64,000 nt of DNA from an uncultured delta proteobacterium (GCA_963728565.1 CAVSLC010000019.1:64001-128000), one strand, 5' to 3'; positions 33,329-45,473 are shown, counted from the stretch's first letter. Notes: a model not told the origin generated them from the letters alone. Translations and numbers: made by a program.

Positions 33329-35167
33329 TTGAGTCAATCATCAAAACATATCGCTCTCTGGTTGGTCCTGCTGCTGGTTCTTCTCGGCATCTTCAGCGTT
33401 TTTAGTAAGCAGGCCGGCCGCGATCCTGAAGTTGTTTTTAGTGAATTTCTGTTGGCTGTGGAACGTGGAGAGGTTCAAGAAGTCGTTATTCAGGGTCACA
33501 ATATTCAAGGCAAATACAAAAATGGCGAGCGTTTCCGCACTTTCGCCCCTGATGACCCTGAGTTGGTTAAGAGTCTGCGTGATAAGAAAGTTAAGATTGC
33601 CGCCAAGCCGGAGGATGATTCGCCTTGGTACTACGTGCTGCTGATCAACTGGTTTCCAATGCTACTGCTGATCGGCGTCTGGGTCTTCTTTATGCGCCAG
33701 ATGCAAGTCGGCGGCGGCAAGGCGATGTCGTTTGGCAAAAGCCGGGCGAAACTGCTTACGGAGAATCAACACCGAGTTACGTTTTCTGATGTAGCCGGCG
33801 CGGAAGAAGCTAAGGACGATCTCCAGGAAATCATCGCGTTTTTAAAAGATCCGAAAAAGTTTACCAGGTTGGGCGGTCGCATTCCTAAAGGTTGCTTGCT
33901 TGTGGGTCCTCCGGGAACGGGGAAGACTCTGCTGGCGCGCGCAATCGCAGGCGAGGCGGGGGTGCCATTTTTTAGCATCAGTGGTTCGGATTTCGTTGAG
34001 ATGTTCGTCGGCGTGGGCGCGTCACGAGTACGTGATCTTTTTGTACAAGGTAAGAAAAACGCGCCTTGTATTATCTTCATCGATGAAATTGATGCGGTGG
34101 GACGGCATCGCGGTGCCGGTCTCGGCGGCGGCCATGATGAGCGGGAGCAAACCCTCAATCAGTTGTTAGTAGAGATGGACGGCTTTGAAGCCAATGAAGG
34201 TGTCATCTTGATTGCCGCGACCAACCGGCCCGATGTTTTGGACCCGGCGCTGTTGCGACCAGGGCGTTTCGACCGTCGGGTGGTGGTGCCCCGGCCGGAT
34301 GTAAAAGGCCGCGAGGGAATCTTGCAGGTGCATACCCGCAAGGTTCCAGTCGCCTCGGATGTCGACATCGCGGTGCTGGCGCGAGCGACGCCGGGCTTTG
34401 CCGGCGCGGACCTCGAGAACTTGGTCAATGAAGCCGCTCTGCTAGCGGCGCGCAACAACAAAGACAAAGTCGATATGCGCGACTTTGAGCTGGCTAAAGA
34501 CAAAGTAATGATGGGCGCCGAGCGGCGCAGCATGATTATCAGCGACGAAGAAAAGCGCATTACCGCATTTCACGAAGCAGGGCACGCGCTTGTGGCCAAG
34601 CTGCTTCCCGGCGCGGATCCGATTCACAAAGTCACCATCATCCCCCGCGGCATGGCCTTGGGTTTGACCCAGCAACTGCCGATGGATGAGAAGCACACGT
34701 ACCCGAAAGAGTATCTGCTCAATAATCTTGTGATTCTCTTTGGCGGTCGGGTCGCTGAGGAACTGGTCCTCAATCATATGACAACCGGCGCTGGAAACGA
34801 CATCGAAAAGGCCACTGAACTCGCGCACCGGATGGTCTGTGAATGGGGTATGAGCGAAAAACTCGGTCCGATGACTTTCGGTAAGAAGGAAGAAGAAATC
34901 TTTTTAGGGCGGGATTTCACTCAGACGGCTGACTACTCTGAAAGCACAGCCATTGAGATCGATGGTGAGGTTCGACGCATTATCCAGGAGAGTTATCACA
35001 AGGCCAAAGATCTTCTTAAAACGAATCTGGCGCTGCTTCACAAAGTCGCCGAATCGCTTCTTGAACGAGAAGTTTTGGACGGCTCGGAAATCGACGCCAT
35101 CGTTAGAGACTTTAGTGGCAACGGCGGCGACCCGCTGAACCCGACACGGGCGGCAGCCGTTGCTTGA
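33329..35167 (+). CDS. ftsH: ATP-dependent zinc metalloprotease FtsH
   Basis: Two TMs, [43 protein letters not shown]. Confidence 0.99.
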   Translation: MSQSSKHIALWLVLLLVLLGIFSVFSKQAGRDPEVVFSEFLLAVERGEVQEVVIQGHNIQGKYKNGERFRTFAPDDPELVKSLRDKKVKIAAKPEDDSPWYYVLLINWFPMLLLIGVWVFFMRQMQVGGGKAMSFGKSRAKLLTENQHRVTFSDVAGAEEAKDDLQEIIAFLKDPKKFTRLGGRIPKGCLLVGPPGTGKTLLARAIAGEAGVPFFSISGSDFVEMFVGVGASRVRDLFVQGKKNAPCIIFIDEIDAVGRHRGAGLGGGHDEREQTLNQLLVEMDGFEANEGVILIAATNRPDVLDPALLRPGRFDRRVVVPRPDVKGREGILQVHTRKVPVASDVDIAVLARATPGFAGADLENLVNEAALLAARNNKDKVDMRDFELAKDKVMMGAERRSMIISDEEKRITAFHEAGHALVAKLLPGADPIHKVTIIPRGMALGLTQQLPMDEKHTYPKEYLLNNLVILFGGRVAEELVLNHMTTGAGNDIEKATELAHRMVCEWGMSEKLGPMTFGKKEEEIFLGRDFTQTADYSESTAIEIDGEVRRIIQESYHKAKDLLKTNLALLHKVAESLLEREVLDGSEIDAIVRDFSGNGGDPLNPTRAAAVA

Positions 35168-35208
35168 TTCGGGTTAAATACTCTACTCTCAGTCTTATCT
35201 TTGACATC

Positions 35209-35250
35209 GCAGGATCGTTTTGTGACGGCGCGAAACGATCCTGCTTCTTT
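35209..35250 (+). terminator. Rho-independent terminator after ftsH
   Basis: GCAGGATCGTTT ... AAACGATCCTGC followed by TTCTTT. Confidence 0.7.
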
Positions 35251-35466
35251 GGACCTGTGGTCAGGTTAAGTTGCGGACAATGCCATGGCAATTCAGACTC
35301 GCAATAGCCGAGTCCTCTGCCGCTTCAGCCAGGCGCAGTGAGGGCAGGAAACGACTACCCATTGTCATAGCTGCCTGGTGCAGGGCTCACCGCGTAGATT
35401 ACAGCGGCAGCGGATTGTAGACCCGAGACAAACCAAAGGCCGGTTCTGTTTGAACGGCAAACTTAT

Positions 35467-36456
35467 TTGCTCTGTCATTTCGGACTGGGCAATGCACGCT
35501 CGGCAGAGCGCCGCGTCGTAGACTGTTCTGATGTGAATTCCACCATAGATCCTATCGATAGTTCCCATCATGTGCCGAGGCGAGTTCTAGCTACTCGGCA
35601 TGGCCGCATAGATATTACGTCTCATACGGTTGTCATGGGTATCGTCAATGTAACACCGGACTCCTTCTATGACGGCGGCAAACGATTCGACAGTGCAAGA
35701 GCAGTTGCTGATGGAATGGAGATGATCGAAACGGGTGCCGAAATCCTCGATATTGGCGGCGAGTCAACCAGGCCAGGGGCGCAACCAGTATCCCTCGACG
35801 AGGAATTAAGGCGCGTGCTTCCGGTGATTCGAGAGCTGCGTAAAGGATCCAGCGTGCCGATTTCCGTCGATACCTACAAAGAAGCTGTCGCCCGCGCCGC
35901 TTTGGACGTGGGTGCCGACATCGTCAATGATATCAGCGCGCTGCGATTTGATCCGGCGATGGCCGCGCTGGTTGCCCGTGAAGGCGTGCCGATCATTCTC
36001 ATGCACATGCAGGGAGAGCCTCGAACCATGCAACGGGAGCCGCACTACGGTGATGTCGTCCGGGAAGTGCGAGAATTTCTGGCGGAGCGCGTTCGTAGCG
36101 CTAACCAGGCGGGAATTGGTCAGGAACAGATTATTATCGATCCGGGCATCGGCTTCGGTAAGACCTTGGCGCACAATCTCACGCTGCTCAAGGATTTACA
36201 GTCATTGAAATCGGTTGGGCAGCCACTGTTGATCGGCGTCTCACGAAAAGCATTTATCGGGAAGATTTTAAATGCGGCGGGTGCAGAGGAGCGGCTTGAA
36301 GGGAGTCTGGCCGCGGCAGTAGCGGCGGCATTGACCGGCGCCAACATTTTGCGCGTCCACGATGTGAGCGAAACCGTTCGCGCTGTCCGCGTCGCCGACG
36401 CGATCCGGCTTGGGCGTTTGCGTGATCAGGTGGGCGATAACGAAACTGCTGGGTAA
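35467..36456 (+). CDS. folP: Dihydropteroate synthase (true start probably about 35533-35572)
   Basis: MGIVNVTPDSFYDGG, DIGGESTRPG, SVDT, DPGIGFGKT, GVSRK, RVHDV. Confidence 0.96.
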   Translation: MLCHFGLGNARSAERRVVDCSDVNSTIDPIDSSHHVPRRVLATRHGRIDITSHTVVMGIVNVTPDSFYDGGKRFDSARAVADGMEMIETGAEILDIGGESTRPGAQPVSLDEELRRVLPVIRELRKGSSVPISVDTYKEAVARAALDVGADIVNDISALRFDPAMAALVAREGVPIILMHMQGEPRTMQREPHYGDVVREVREFLAERVRSANQAGIGQEQIIIDPGIGFGKTLAHNLTLLKDLQSLKSVGQPLLIGVSRKAFIGKILNAAGAEERLEGSLAAAVAAALTGANILRVHDVSETVRAVRVADAIRLGRLRDQVGDNETAG

Positions 36457-36477
36457 TTACTTGATTTCGGGTGGGCG

Positions 36478-37233
36478 ATGACGGAAGTTTTGGGTCAACT
36501 GCGTTGGCAGGACGGCTTAGACATCAGCATTATCTGGTATCTGATTTACCGCTTGTTGCAGATGCTTCGCGGCAGTCGCGCGATGCAGATGATGATCGGC
36601 CTAGCCGTCATTTTAATGGCCTACGTCCTATCCCGCGTTCTCGGTTTGTTCACGCTCAACTGGATTTTAGATAATTTCTTAGCGTCGATCATTCTCGTTA
36701 TAATCGTTATCTTTCAGAGCGATATTCGTCGCGCCTTGACCCAGGTGGGAACCGCGCCACTTTTCGGCGCCGAGAGGATGGTGCAGCGGCGCGAGGACAT
36801 CATTGAAGAAGTTACCGAGGCCATTCGCAATCTTGCTTCCAGGCGAGTCGGAGCCCTGATCGTGCTGGAGCGCGAAGTCGGTTTGAACGAATACATCGAA
36901 ATCGGCACCCGGTTGGATGCTCGAGTCAGCCGCGAGCTTATTGAAAGCGTCTTTCTACCAGGATCGCCAATTCATGATGGCGCGCTGGTGATTCAGAAAC
37001 GACGCGTAACCGCAGTCCGCTGTCTCCTGCCATTGAGCGCAACCCCTAATCTTCGCCCGACCCTGGGTACTCGCCATCGCGCCGCGATCGGAGTGACGGA
37101 AGAAACCGATGCCGTAGCAATTGTGGTTTCCGAACAAGAGGGTACGATCGCGCTGGTCGTTGGCGGCAATCTCACCGAGAGGCTCGAGGCATCGCGGCTG
37201 CGCAACGCACTCGAGGGTCTCGTGAAGCTATGA
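36478..37233 (+). CDS. cdaA: Diadenylate cyclase CdaA
   Basis: Three TMs, FQSDIRRAL, GALIV, HDGA and GTRHRAA catalytic motifs, VSE. Confidence 0.95.
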   Translation: MTEVLGQLRWQDGLDISIIWYLIYRLLQMLRGSRAMQMMIGLAVILMAYVLSRVLGLFTLNWILDNFLASIILVIIVIFQSDIRRALTQVGTAPLFGAERMVQRREDIIEEVTEAIRNLASRRVGALIVLEREVGLNEYIEIGTRLDARVSRELIESVFLPGSPIHDGALVIQKRRVTAVRCLLPLSATPNLRPTLGTRHRAAIGVTEETDAVAIVVSEQEGTIALVVGGNLTERLEASRLRNALEGLVKL

Positions 37234-38159
37234 CGGAGATCTGGCGGCAAATCGGTTCAACGGCATCGAGCAATGTCGGCCTGGCGGTGCTCTCGTTCAT
37301 CATAGCCTTAGGGCTATGGATTGCCGGCCATCGGGATATCGAGCGAGCCATTGAGGTTCCCGTTGAGTTTCGTAATATCCCATCCGATTTAATGGTGCTC
37401 GATAACCGTGTCGATTACGTCGTTTTACGACTCAGTGGTCCCCGAACCTTAGTCTCCACTCTCGATGCCGACGATTTGAAGTTGCCGGTGGACCTTTACG
37501 GAAGCAAATCGGGCTCGTTGAGCTTTCCCTTGGGACCGAGCTCGTTTAACATTCCGCGCGGAGTGACCGTTGCGCGCATCACGCCGCCGATCCTTCACTT
37601 GCGACTCGACCCGGTGATTAAACGGGAACTGCCCGTGAGCCTAAGGCTTTCTGGCAAGCCTTTGGCCGGCTACAAAATCGAGGAAACGGCGGTGCAGCCC
37701 GAGTCGATTTCAGTGCGGGGCCCGGCTGACGAAATTCGGCGCATGAGTTTAGTCGAGACATTGCCGATCGACGTCGAAGGAAGCCGCAGTTCAATCAAGC
37801 GCACCGTTCGGCTTTCAACCGATGGAAAGCCATTGTCATTTATGCCTGAGCAAGTATCGGTCACGATCACGATTCTAGAAGAGGATTCGATCAAAGACTT
37901 CAAAAACGTCGAGATTGGCGCGCGCGGAGCTAGCGGCGACTTCGTGATAACACCGAAATTTGCTCAGGTGCGGCTATTCGGGCCGCGCAGAATTCTCGAT
38001 AAACTGGAGCTTGGCGCAGATCAGGTGTATGTGGATCTTGATGGCTTGCCGCCGGGCGAGCATTCTGTGGATCTGAAGTTCAATCTCCCGGCTGAAATTA
38101 AAGTGGCGGAGCAAAAGCCGGCGCACTTTAAAGTTAGAATCAGTAAATCTCATTCATAG
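37230..38159 (+). CDS. cdaR: CdaR/YbbR domain protein
   Basis: N-terminal TM plus YbbR-like repeats (V.LSGP, V.GP); lies between cdaA and glmM. Confidence 0.88.
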   Translation: MTEIWRQIGSTASSNVGLAVLSFIIALGLWIAGHRDIERAIEVPVEFRNIPSDLMVLDNRVDYVVLRLSGPRTLVSTLDADDLKLPVDLYGSKSGSLSFPLGPSSFNIPRGVTVARITPPILHLRLDPVIKRELPVSLRLSGKPLAGYKIEETAVQPESISVRGPADEIRRMSLVETLPIDVEGSRSSIKRTVRLSTDGKPLSFMPEQVSVTITILEEDSIKDFKNVEIGARGASGDFVITPKFAQVRLFGPRRILDKLELGADQVYVDLDGLPPGEHSVDLKFNLPAEIKVAEQKPAHFKVRISKSHS

Positions 38160-38178
38160 GGCGGTTAGGAGTGACATC

Positions 38179-39632
38179 ATGGCTCAAGTCTCAAAAACAA
38201 AAGCGACGCCTGTTCGGCACTGATGGTGTCCGTGGTATTGCCAATCAGGAGCCCATGACATCGGAGATGGCTTTGAAAGCTAGGGCGAGCCATTGCCAAG
38301 GTATTGCATGATCCCATCGCTCAGCCTAGTCAGGGATCGGGCCGGTCGAAATCGCCATCATTGGTGAAAACTCTCGGCGGCGATACCGCGCATCGCTACA
38401 AGATTCTTATCGGCAAAGATACTCGCCTATCCGGTTATATGCTGGAAACCGCGCTGGCTTCCGGGATTTGCTCAATGGGGGCGGACGTTCAACTGGTCGG
38501 TCCGTTACCTACACCCGCGGTGGCGTTTCTTACCCGCACCATGCGCGCCGATGCGGGAGTAGTGATCTCGGCCTCTCATAACCCCTATCAAGATAACGGA
38601 ATAAAGTTTTTTTCCTTCGACGGTTTCAAGCTGCCCGACGAAGTCGAAGCGCGCATGGAAGAGATGATTTTCAGTGGAGAAGCCGATCGCGAGCGGCCCA
38701 CCGCGTCACAAATCGGCAAGGCGTTTCGCATTTCCGACGCGGTAGGGCGTTACAATGTCTTCGTCAAGAATAGTTTTCCGCGTCATTTGACCCTGGAGGG
38801 CCTGCGCATCGTGGTGGATTGCGGTCACGGCGCGGCCTATCGAGTGGTTCCCGAAATGTTATCGGAACTGGGCGCTCAGGTGATTCCCATAGGGGTGCAT
38901 CCCGACGGCGAGAATATCAATCATCACTGCGGCGCTCTCTACCCTGAAACCGCGCGCGACGTGTTGCTCCACGAGAAAGCCGATTTTGCCGTTTCTCTGG
39001 ATGGCGATGCCGACCGCGCTATCTTTATCGACGAATCGGGTGAGGTTCTCGATGGCGATCAAGTCTTGGCCATTTGCGCCAAAGACATGCAGGAAAAGGG
39101 CACCCTCAAAGGACACACGGTCGTGGCCACGGTGATGAGCAATCTCGGGCTCGATCTTGCCCTTAAATCGATCGGGGTGAATCTCGAGCGAACCGAGGTG
39201 GGCGATCGCTACGTGGTCGAGCGCATGCTCGAACGTGGCTACAATCTCGGCGGCGAACAGTCCGGGCACATTCTGTTTTTGGACCACAATACCACCGGGG
39301 ATGGTGCCATTACCTGCTTGCAGGTGCTCGCGCTCATGGTCGAAAAAGGTAAACGCCTGGGCGAGTTGAAGCGTATTTTTACGCGCATGCCGCAAATTTT
39401 GTTAAACGTTCGGGTGACGGAAAGAAAAGAATTTCAGGCGATGCCAAAGGTGAGTCGGGCGATTGCCTCTGTGGAGCAATCACTGAACGGCCGCGGCCGC
39501 ACGCTGGTGCGCTATTCCGGCACGGAGATGCTGGCCCGGATTATGTTGGAAGGGGAAGACGAAGATAAGATTTGCGCCATGGCGCAGGAGATCGCCGATG
39601 AAATCCGTACGGAAATAGGAGTGAAGGAGTGA
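38179..39632 (+). CDS. glmM: Phosphoglucosamine mutase (two frameshifts near 38200 and 38278)
   Basis: Upstream frame gives [14 protein letters not shown]; main ORF has [35 protein letters not shown]. Confidence 0.96.
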
Positions 39633-40352
39633 TTCGTTTAGGGAGTCAATGTCGACCATGTTGCGACCGTGCGCCAAGCACGGCGGGTGGACGTACCGGA
39701 TCCGGTTGAGGCCGCTTTACTGGCCGAAGCGGCCGGTGCCGACGGCATTACCGTGCACCTTCGCGAGGACCGCCGCCATATTCAAGAGCGGGATGTGCGG
39801 ATCCTGCGCCAGCGCCTGCACACCAAACTCAATCTGGAGATGGCCGTAACGCCGGCGATGCTCGCCTTTGCCGAAAATGTCCGTCCCGATGACGCTTGCT
39901 TCGTGCCGGAGAAGCGGGAAGAGCTCACCACTGAAGGCGGCTTGGATGTCGTTTCTCATCGACAAAAGATTCGCGAGGGGACGCAGCGATTGCAGAGCCT
40001 CGCTGTGCGCGTAAGTTTATTTGTCGACCCGGAAACGGCGCAGATCGAAGCCAGCCGCGACGTTGGCGCGCATGCGGTTGAAATTCATACCGGCGCCTAT
40101 TGCAACGCTCTAAGCGTCGAGCGCGAGAAGCAACTGCAGGCAATTCTCGAAGCTTCTAAGCTTGCGCAGAGTCTCGGACTCGAGGTTCACGGCGGCCACG
40201 GCCTCAATTACGACAATGTTCTGGCCATCGCGCAGATCCCCGAGATGGCCGAGCTCAATATCGGCCACAGTATCATTGCTCGAGCGATTATCGTCGGCAT
40301 CGAGCAAGCGGTCCGCGAGATGAAGGATCTGCTTAGCAAGGCTAAAGAATAA
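39629..40352 (+). CDS. pdxJ: Pyridoxine 5'-phosphate synthase (frameshift near 39642)
   Basis: Removing one G gives [18 protein letters not shown]; [35 protein letters not shown]. Confidence 0.96.
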
Positions 40353-40356
40353 ACAG

Positions 40357-40450
40357 GTTCAAACCGTTCAAGCGGTTCAAGCCGTTCAAATCGTTTAGAT
40401 CCGGCGGCTTTAACGCTTTGAGCATTTTGAACGGCTTAAACGATCTAATT
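40357..40450. repeat. Palindromic array of 9-bp tandem repeats
   Basis: GTTCAAACC GTTCAAGCG GTTCAAGCC GTTCAAATC GTTTAGATC, 4-bp spacer, then reverse-orientation units GGCTTTAAC GCTTTGAGC ATTTTGAAC GGCTTAAAC GATCTAATT. Confidence 0.8.
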
Positions 40451-42007
40451 ATGATTGTCGTTACCTCCGAGCAGATGCGCGAGATGGATCGATTAACGAT
40501 CCAGAAGTATGGCACTCCGAGTCTTACGCTGATGGAGCGCGCCGGCGCGGGAGTTGTGAAGGCCATTCTTGAGCGTTTCGTCGAACCGGCGAGCAAAGGT
40601 GTCTTGGTCGTTGCCGGCAAAGGTAACAATGGCGGCGACGGTTTTGTGGTGGGCCGCTTGCTCAGAGAGCAAGGGGTATCCTGTGCAATCGCCCTGTTGG
40701 CCAAGCCCAACGAGATTTCCAGTGACGCAGCGCACAACCTAAAGGGGTATTTGACAGCCGGAGGCAAGGTGAGTCGGCATCAATGCCGATCATCTGGGAT
40801 TGCTCACCGAATCAATCGCCGGCAAAGGATTGCTGGTCGATGCGATTCTGGGTACCGGCACAAAGAATGAGATCCGCGGAATTTACGCTGACGTTATCCG
40901 CGCAATGAACGGATCCGGATTGCCGATTGTCGCCGTTGATATACCTTCCGGGCTGGATGCTGACAAAGGAACACCGCTGGGGGTGGTGCATTCAAGCTGC
41001 CATGACCGTTTCGCTGGGTTATCCCAAGCTCGGGCAAGTGATCTATCCGGCCGTGCGATATGTCGGCGAGCTTGTAGTTGCCGACATCGGCATCGAGCCA
41101 GCCGCGGTAGCCGAGGTGGCGCCCGCTGCAGAACTTCTGACCCCTGAAGAAATACGTCCGTTAATTCCGGTCCGTAAACCGGATTCGCACAAGGGAACGT
41201 ATGGACACGTCGTGGTGATCGCCGGTTCCCGGGGAAAAACAGGCGCGGCCATTCTCGCCAGCCGCGCATGCATGCGCGCCGGCGCGGGATTGACTAGTTT
41301 GGCAGCGCCGCGATCGCTTAACAATGTTTTTGCCGGCGCCATGATCGAGGTGATGACCGAACCGTTGCGAGACACTGCCGATGAGGAGATCGAATCTCTG
41401 ACTGACGATGAGTGGCGACGGCTGTTGGAACGAAAGACGGTGGCGTTATTTGGTCCCGGCATCGGCGTCACCGATTCTACGCGAAACAACCTGCGTTGGT
41501 TATTGCGCCATTTGAGTATTCCCTGGGTGATCGACGCCGACGGATTGAATAATCTCGCCCTCGATATCGATCGGCTGCGCAAGGCAAGGACTGCGCCGAT
41601 CTTGACGCCTCATCCAGGTGAGATGGCGCGGCTCCTCGGCAAAAACGCACGGGAGCGTGAACAAGGACCGCATCGGCGTAGCGCGTGCATTTGCGATCGA
41701 ACATCGCTGCTATGTAGTACTTAAGGGCGCGCGCACAGTTCTCGCCACACCTGCCGGCAAAATTTCCATCAATCCGACTGGCAATCCGGGAATGGCCAGC
41801 GGTGGCATGGGGGACGTTCTCGCGGGCATCTTGGCAGCGCTCCTCGCCCAGGGGCTCGCTCCTGAAGAGGCGATGAAGTTGGCGGTTTATCTGCATGGCT
41901 TTATCGCGGACCGAATCGCTGCGAAGCGAGGGATGCTCGGCATGATTGCTTCCGATATCATCGACGGATTACCCGCTGGCCTTCGCAGCCTATCGGCTGC
42001 CGTTTAG
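40451..42007 (+). CDS. nnr: Bifunctional NAD(P)HX epimerase/dehydratase (three frameshifts)
   Basis: Four ORF pieces carry LMERAG, GKGNNGGDG, VDAILGTG, AVDIPSG, HKGTYG, GPG, DADGL, TPHPGEM, LKGA.T, GMGDVLAG. Confidence 0.93.
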
Positions 42008-42054
42008 ACTCGAAATTTCCTGCAAAATATACTAGTTGTGTTTATGGAGCGGCG

Positions 42055-42537
42055 TTGCTGATGCATTGGGCGGTTATTTCGCGCTCCGCCGAGCATACCC
42101 GACGCTTGGGCAATAGCTTAGGAAAGCTGTTGCAAGGCGGTGAAATTATTGGTCTTGTCGGGGAACTGGGAACGGGCAAGACGTGCTTTGTGAGAGGCTT
42201 GACGGAGGGGTTGGGGGTCAGCCAAGAGACGTGGATTCGCAGCCCCACGTTTACACTCGTCAATGAGTATCATGGTCGCTTACCCATTTATCACATCGAT
42301 CTTTACCGAATCGAAAGCACGGCCGAGCTCGAAGAATTAAATCTCCGAGAGTATCTCTACTCGAACGGCGTCAGCCTGATCGAGTGGTTCGAGTATTTTC
42401 CTGCCGACGAGGTCGACGATCATCTCGAAATTAAGCTGGCGTATCGCGAGGGCAGCAAACGTCAGGTGACGTTTATACCTCGCGGCGCGCGCTATGAGGA
42501 ATTGGTCAACGCACTGCGGCAAACAGGTAAGTCTTAA
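42055..42537 (+). CDS. tsaE: tRNA threonylcarbamoyladenosine biosynthesis ATPase
   Basis: GELGTGKT, SPTFTLVNEY, HIDLYR, IEW. Confidence 0.96.
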   Translation: MLMHWAVISRSAEHTRRLGNSLGKLLQGGEIIGLVGELGTGKTCFVRGLTEGLGVSQETWIRSPTFTLVNEYHGRLPIYHIDLYRIESTAELEELNLREYLYSNGVSLIEWFEYFPADEVDDHLEIKLAYREGSKRQVTFIPRGARYEELVNALRQTGKS

Positions 42538-42615
42538 CGAAAGATTAAGGTTTAGCCGTTAACTAATCGGATTACTGCTCGTGAGAACTAAGCCTTTGAA
42601 AGGCTTGGCGGCGTA

Positions 42616-43845
42616 TTGAGTATGTCATTGTTGGTTCAGAAATACGGCGGTTCTTCGGTCGCAACGATAGAGCGCATCAAGCATGTAGCCGAGAAAATCC
42701 GCGCCGCCAAGCGCGCCGGTCATGACGTGGTCGTGGTGGTCTCGGCGATGGCCGGAGAAACCAACCGGCTTCTGGGGCTGGCACATGAGATTTCAGAGAT
42801 GCCCGACGAGCGTGAAAAAGATGTTTTGCTGGCCTCGGGCGAGCAGGTGTCGATTGCCTTGCTAAGCCTAGCACTGAAAGAGCGGGGGCAGCCGTCGCGC
42901 TCATTTCTTGGTCATCAGGTGAGAATAGAAACCGATAACGCATACGGCAAGGCGCGCATCCGCAACATCGATTCCAGGAGAATCTTGCAATCGTTGAAAG
43001 AGGGCGAAGTCGTGGTCGTGGCCGGATTCCAGGGGATCGACGAGGACGACAATATCACCACCCTGGGACGCGGCGGATCGGACACCACTGCGGTGGCGTT
43101 GGCGGCGTTTCTCAATGCCAGCGCGTGCGAAATCTATACAGATGTCGAGGGGGTTTTTACCACCGATCCGGGGATCTGTGCCGATGCGCAAAAATTGCCG
43201 CGAATTTCCTATGAGGAAATGATCGAGCTTGCCAGCACCGGCGCCAAAGTCCTGGAGATCCGTTCGGTCGAATTCGCCAAAAGATTCGCTGTTCCGGTGC
43301 ACGTCCGTTCTACATTTAGCGATATCGAAGGGACATGGGTAGTCAAGGAGGATGAGAGCATGGAAGATTTGCTGGTCTCGGGGGTGAGCTATGACAAGAA
43401 CGAGGTGAAAATTACCATCCTTCGTGTACCCGACCGGCCCGGTCTTGCCGCCCAGGTGTTCGGCCCCATCGCCGACGCCCACATCGTCGTCGATATGATA
43501 ATACAAAATGCCAGCGCCGATGGCACCACAGATTTGACTTTCACCGTTTCTAAAGCGGATTATAAAAAGGCTCTATCCATCGTTGAGAAAACCGCCCCTG
43601 CTATAGCGGCGAAAGGGGTTGATGTCGATACCGATATCGCCAAGGTCTCGGTCGTTGGTGTGGGTATGCGTACGCACGCCGGAGTGGCGGCAAAGATGTT
43701 CCGGGTTCTGGCCGAGGAGGGAGTCAATATCGAGATGATTTCGACTTCGGAGATTAAGATCTCGGTCGTCATCGACGCCAAGTACACAGAGCTGGCGGTG
43801 CGGGTGTTGCACGAGGCATTTATCGGCAAACAGGGGAATGTATGA
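42616..43845 (+). CDS. lysC: Aspartate kinase
   Basis: [30 protein letters not shown], two ACT domains, ISTSEIKIS. Confidence 0.97.
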   Translation: MSMSLLVQKYGGSSVATIERIKHVAEKIRAAKRAGHDVVVVVSAMAGETNRLLGLAHEISEMPDEREKDVLLASGEQVSIALLSLALKERGQPSRSFLGHQVRIETDNAYGKARIRNIDSRRILQSLKEGEVVVVAGFQGIDEDDNITTLGRGGSDTTAVALAAFLNASACEIYTDVEGVFTTDPGICADAQKLPRISYEEMIELASTGAKVLEIRSVEFAKRFAVPVHVRSTFSDIEGTWVVKEDESMEDLLVSGVSYDKNEVKITILRVPDRPGLAAQVFGPIADAHIVVDMIIQNASADGTTDLTFTVSKADYKKALSIVEKTAPAIAAKGVDVDTDIAKVSVVGVGMRTHAGVAAKMFRVLAEEGVNIEMISTSEIKISVVIDAKYTELAVRVLHEAFIGKQGNV

Positions 43846-45422
43846 AGGATGTTTTGATCTACGACACGACACTGCGGGATGGCTGTCAAGCGGAGGATAT
43901 CTCATTTACCTTGGAGGACAAGCTGCGCATCGCGGAGAAGCTCGAGGAGTTGGGAGTAGACTACATTGAGGGCGGCTATCCCGGATCGAATAGCCGGGAT
44001 GCCGACTTTTTCAAAGAGATAAAGAAGCTCAATCTTAAGAACGCCAAAATTGCCTCCTTCGGCACCACCCGCAAACCCAGCGCAAAAGCAGCGCAGGATC
44101 TGAGCCTCAAAATTCTCCTGAGCGCCGATGCACCGGTAGTTACCTTGGTCGGCAAAACTTGGGATCTGCATGTGCGCGATGATCTAAGGATCAGTAAGAA
44201 GGCGAATCTGGAAGTTATCGCCGACTCGATCGCTTACGTGAAACGCCGCGTCGATCAGGTGATTTTCGACGCCGAGCATTTTTTCGACGGATTTCGCTCC
44301 AATCCGGAATATGCGCTGGAGTGCTTGCAGGCGGCTCAACAAGGCGGCGCCGATTGGATCGTCCTATGTGATACCAACGGCGGCCGCTTGCCTGGGGAAA
44401 TTCGTGAGGCCATTGCCAAAGTGAATGAGTCAGTCAGGACGCCGCTCGGAATTCATTGCCATAATGACGGCGAGCTCGCGGTCGCCAACACCATGGCGGC
44501 AGTTGAAATGGGAGTGCGCCAGGTGCAAGGAACGATCAACGGTTTTGGCGAACGCTGCGGCAATCTCAATCTCATCTCATTGATTCCCAATCTGCAGTTG
44601 AAGATGGGCAAGAACTGCATCAAGCCGAACCAGCTGAGAAAGCTGCGCGAGGTATCGCATTTCTTTTATGAACTCGCGAACATTCAACCGAATAAACGGC
44701 AGCCTTACGTTGGCGACAGCGCCTTTGCGCATAAAGGTGGCCTCCATGTATCCGGCGTATTGAAGAACCGCGAGACCTACGAGCATATCGATCCGGATTT
44801 CGTCGGTAATCGGCAAAGGGTGCTGGTTTCGGATCTCTCGGGGCGGAGCAACGTTGTTTACAAAGGCAAAGAGTACGGCATCGATCTCGAGGGTCAAGAT
44901 AAAGCGGTGCAAGAAATTCTGCGGCGGACCAAGGAACTGGAAAGCCAAGGATACGAGTTCGAGGCGGCGGAAGCCTCATTCGAGCTGCTGATCCAGCAAG
45001 CGCTGGGTAGAAAAAAGAAAAATTTCAAACTGGTGGGTTTTCGCGTCATCGACGAAAAAAGACAGGAAGGCGAAGCGCCGCGCTCGGAGGCGACCATTAT
45101 GGTAGAAGTGGACGGCGTGATGGAGCACGCGGCGGCGATGGGCAATGGCCCGGTTAACGCTCTCGACCAGGCACTGCGCCGGGCATTGACAAAGTTTTAC
45201 CCCGGTCTCAAGGATGTTGAGTTGTTGGATTATAAAGTCCGGGTGCTATCCTCGGGAGAAGGAACCGCCGCTTCGGTGCGAGTCCTGATCGAGTCCGGCG
45301 ATGGCAAAGCCCGTTGGGGTACTGTTGGCGTTTCGCACAACGTAATTGAGGCGAGTTGGCAGGCTCTGGTCGACAGCATCGACTACAAACTCTATAAGGA
45401 CGCCCGGCGCCGGGCCAACTAA
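43842..45422 (+). CDS. cimA: Citramalate synthase
   Basis: [54 protein letters not shown]. Confidence 0.93.
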   Translation: MKDVLIYDTTLRDGCQAEDISFTLEDKLRIAEKLEELGVDYIEGGYPGSNSRDADFFKEIKKLNLKNAKIASFGTTRKPSAKAAQDLSLKILLSADAPVVTLVGKTWDLHVRDDLRISKKANLEVIADSIAYVKRRVDQVIFDAEHFFDGFRSNPEYALECLQAAQQGGADWIVLCDTNGGRLPGEIREAIAKVNESVRTPLGIHCHNDGELAVANTMAAVEMGVRQVQGTINGFGERCGNLNLISLIPNLQLKMGKNCIKPNQLRKLREVSHFFYELANIQPNKRQPYVGDSAFAHKGGLHVSGVLKNRETYEHIDPDFVGNRQRVLVSDLSGRSNVVYKGKEYGIDLEGQDKAVQEILRRTKELESQGYEFEAAEASFELLIQQALGRKKKNFKLVGFRVIDEKRQEGEAPRSEATIMVEVDGVMEHAAAMGNGPVNALDQALRRALTKFYPGLKDVELLDYKVRVLSSGEGTAASVRVLIESGDGKARWGTVGVSHNVIEASWQALVDSIDYKLYKDARRRAN

Positions 45423-45473
45423 ACGGGGTCGTGGTGACGTTAACGTGGTCATTTGGCGACTCCGGCTAATCTT

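Noticed and set aside
35280-35470. Assignment as 6S RNA, SRP RNA or a known riboswitch
   Set aside because: Diagnostic conserved motifs were not recognisable; kept only as an unassigned structure.
40357-40450. CRISPR array
   Set aside because: Units are 9 bp with no spacers, and there are no cas genes.
38179-42007. glmM, pdxJ and nnr as pseudogenes or programmed frameshifts
   Set aside because: Conserved housekeeping genes with otherwise intact motifs; single extra bases match the window-wide error pattern.
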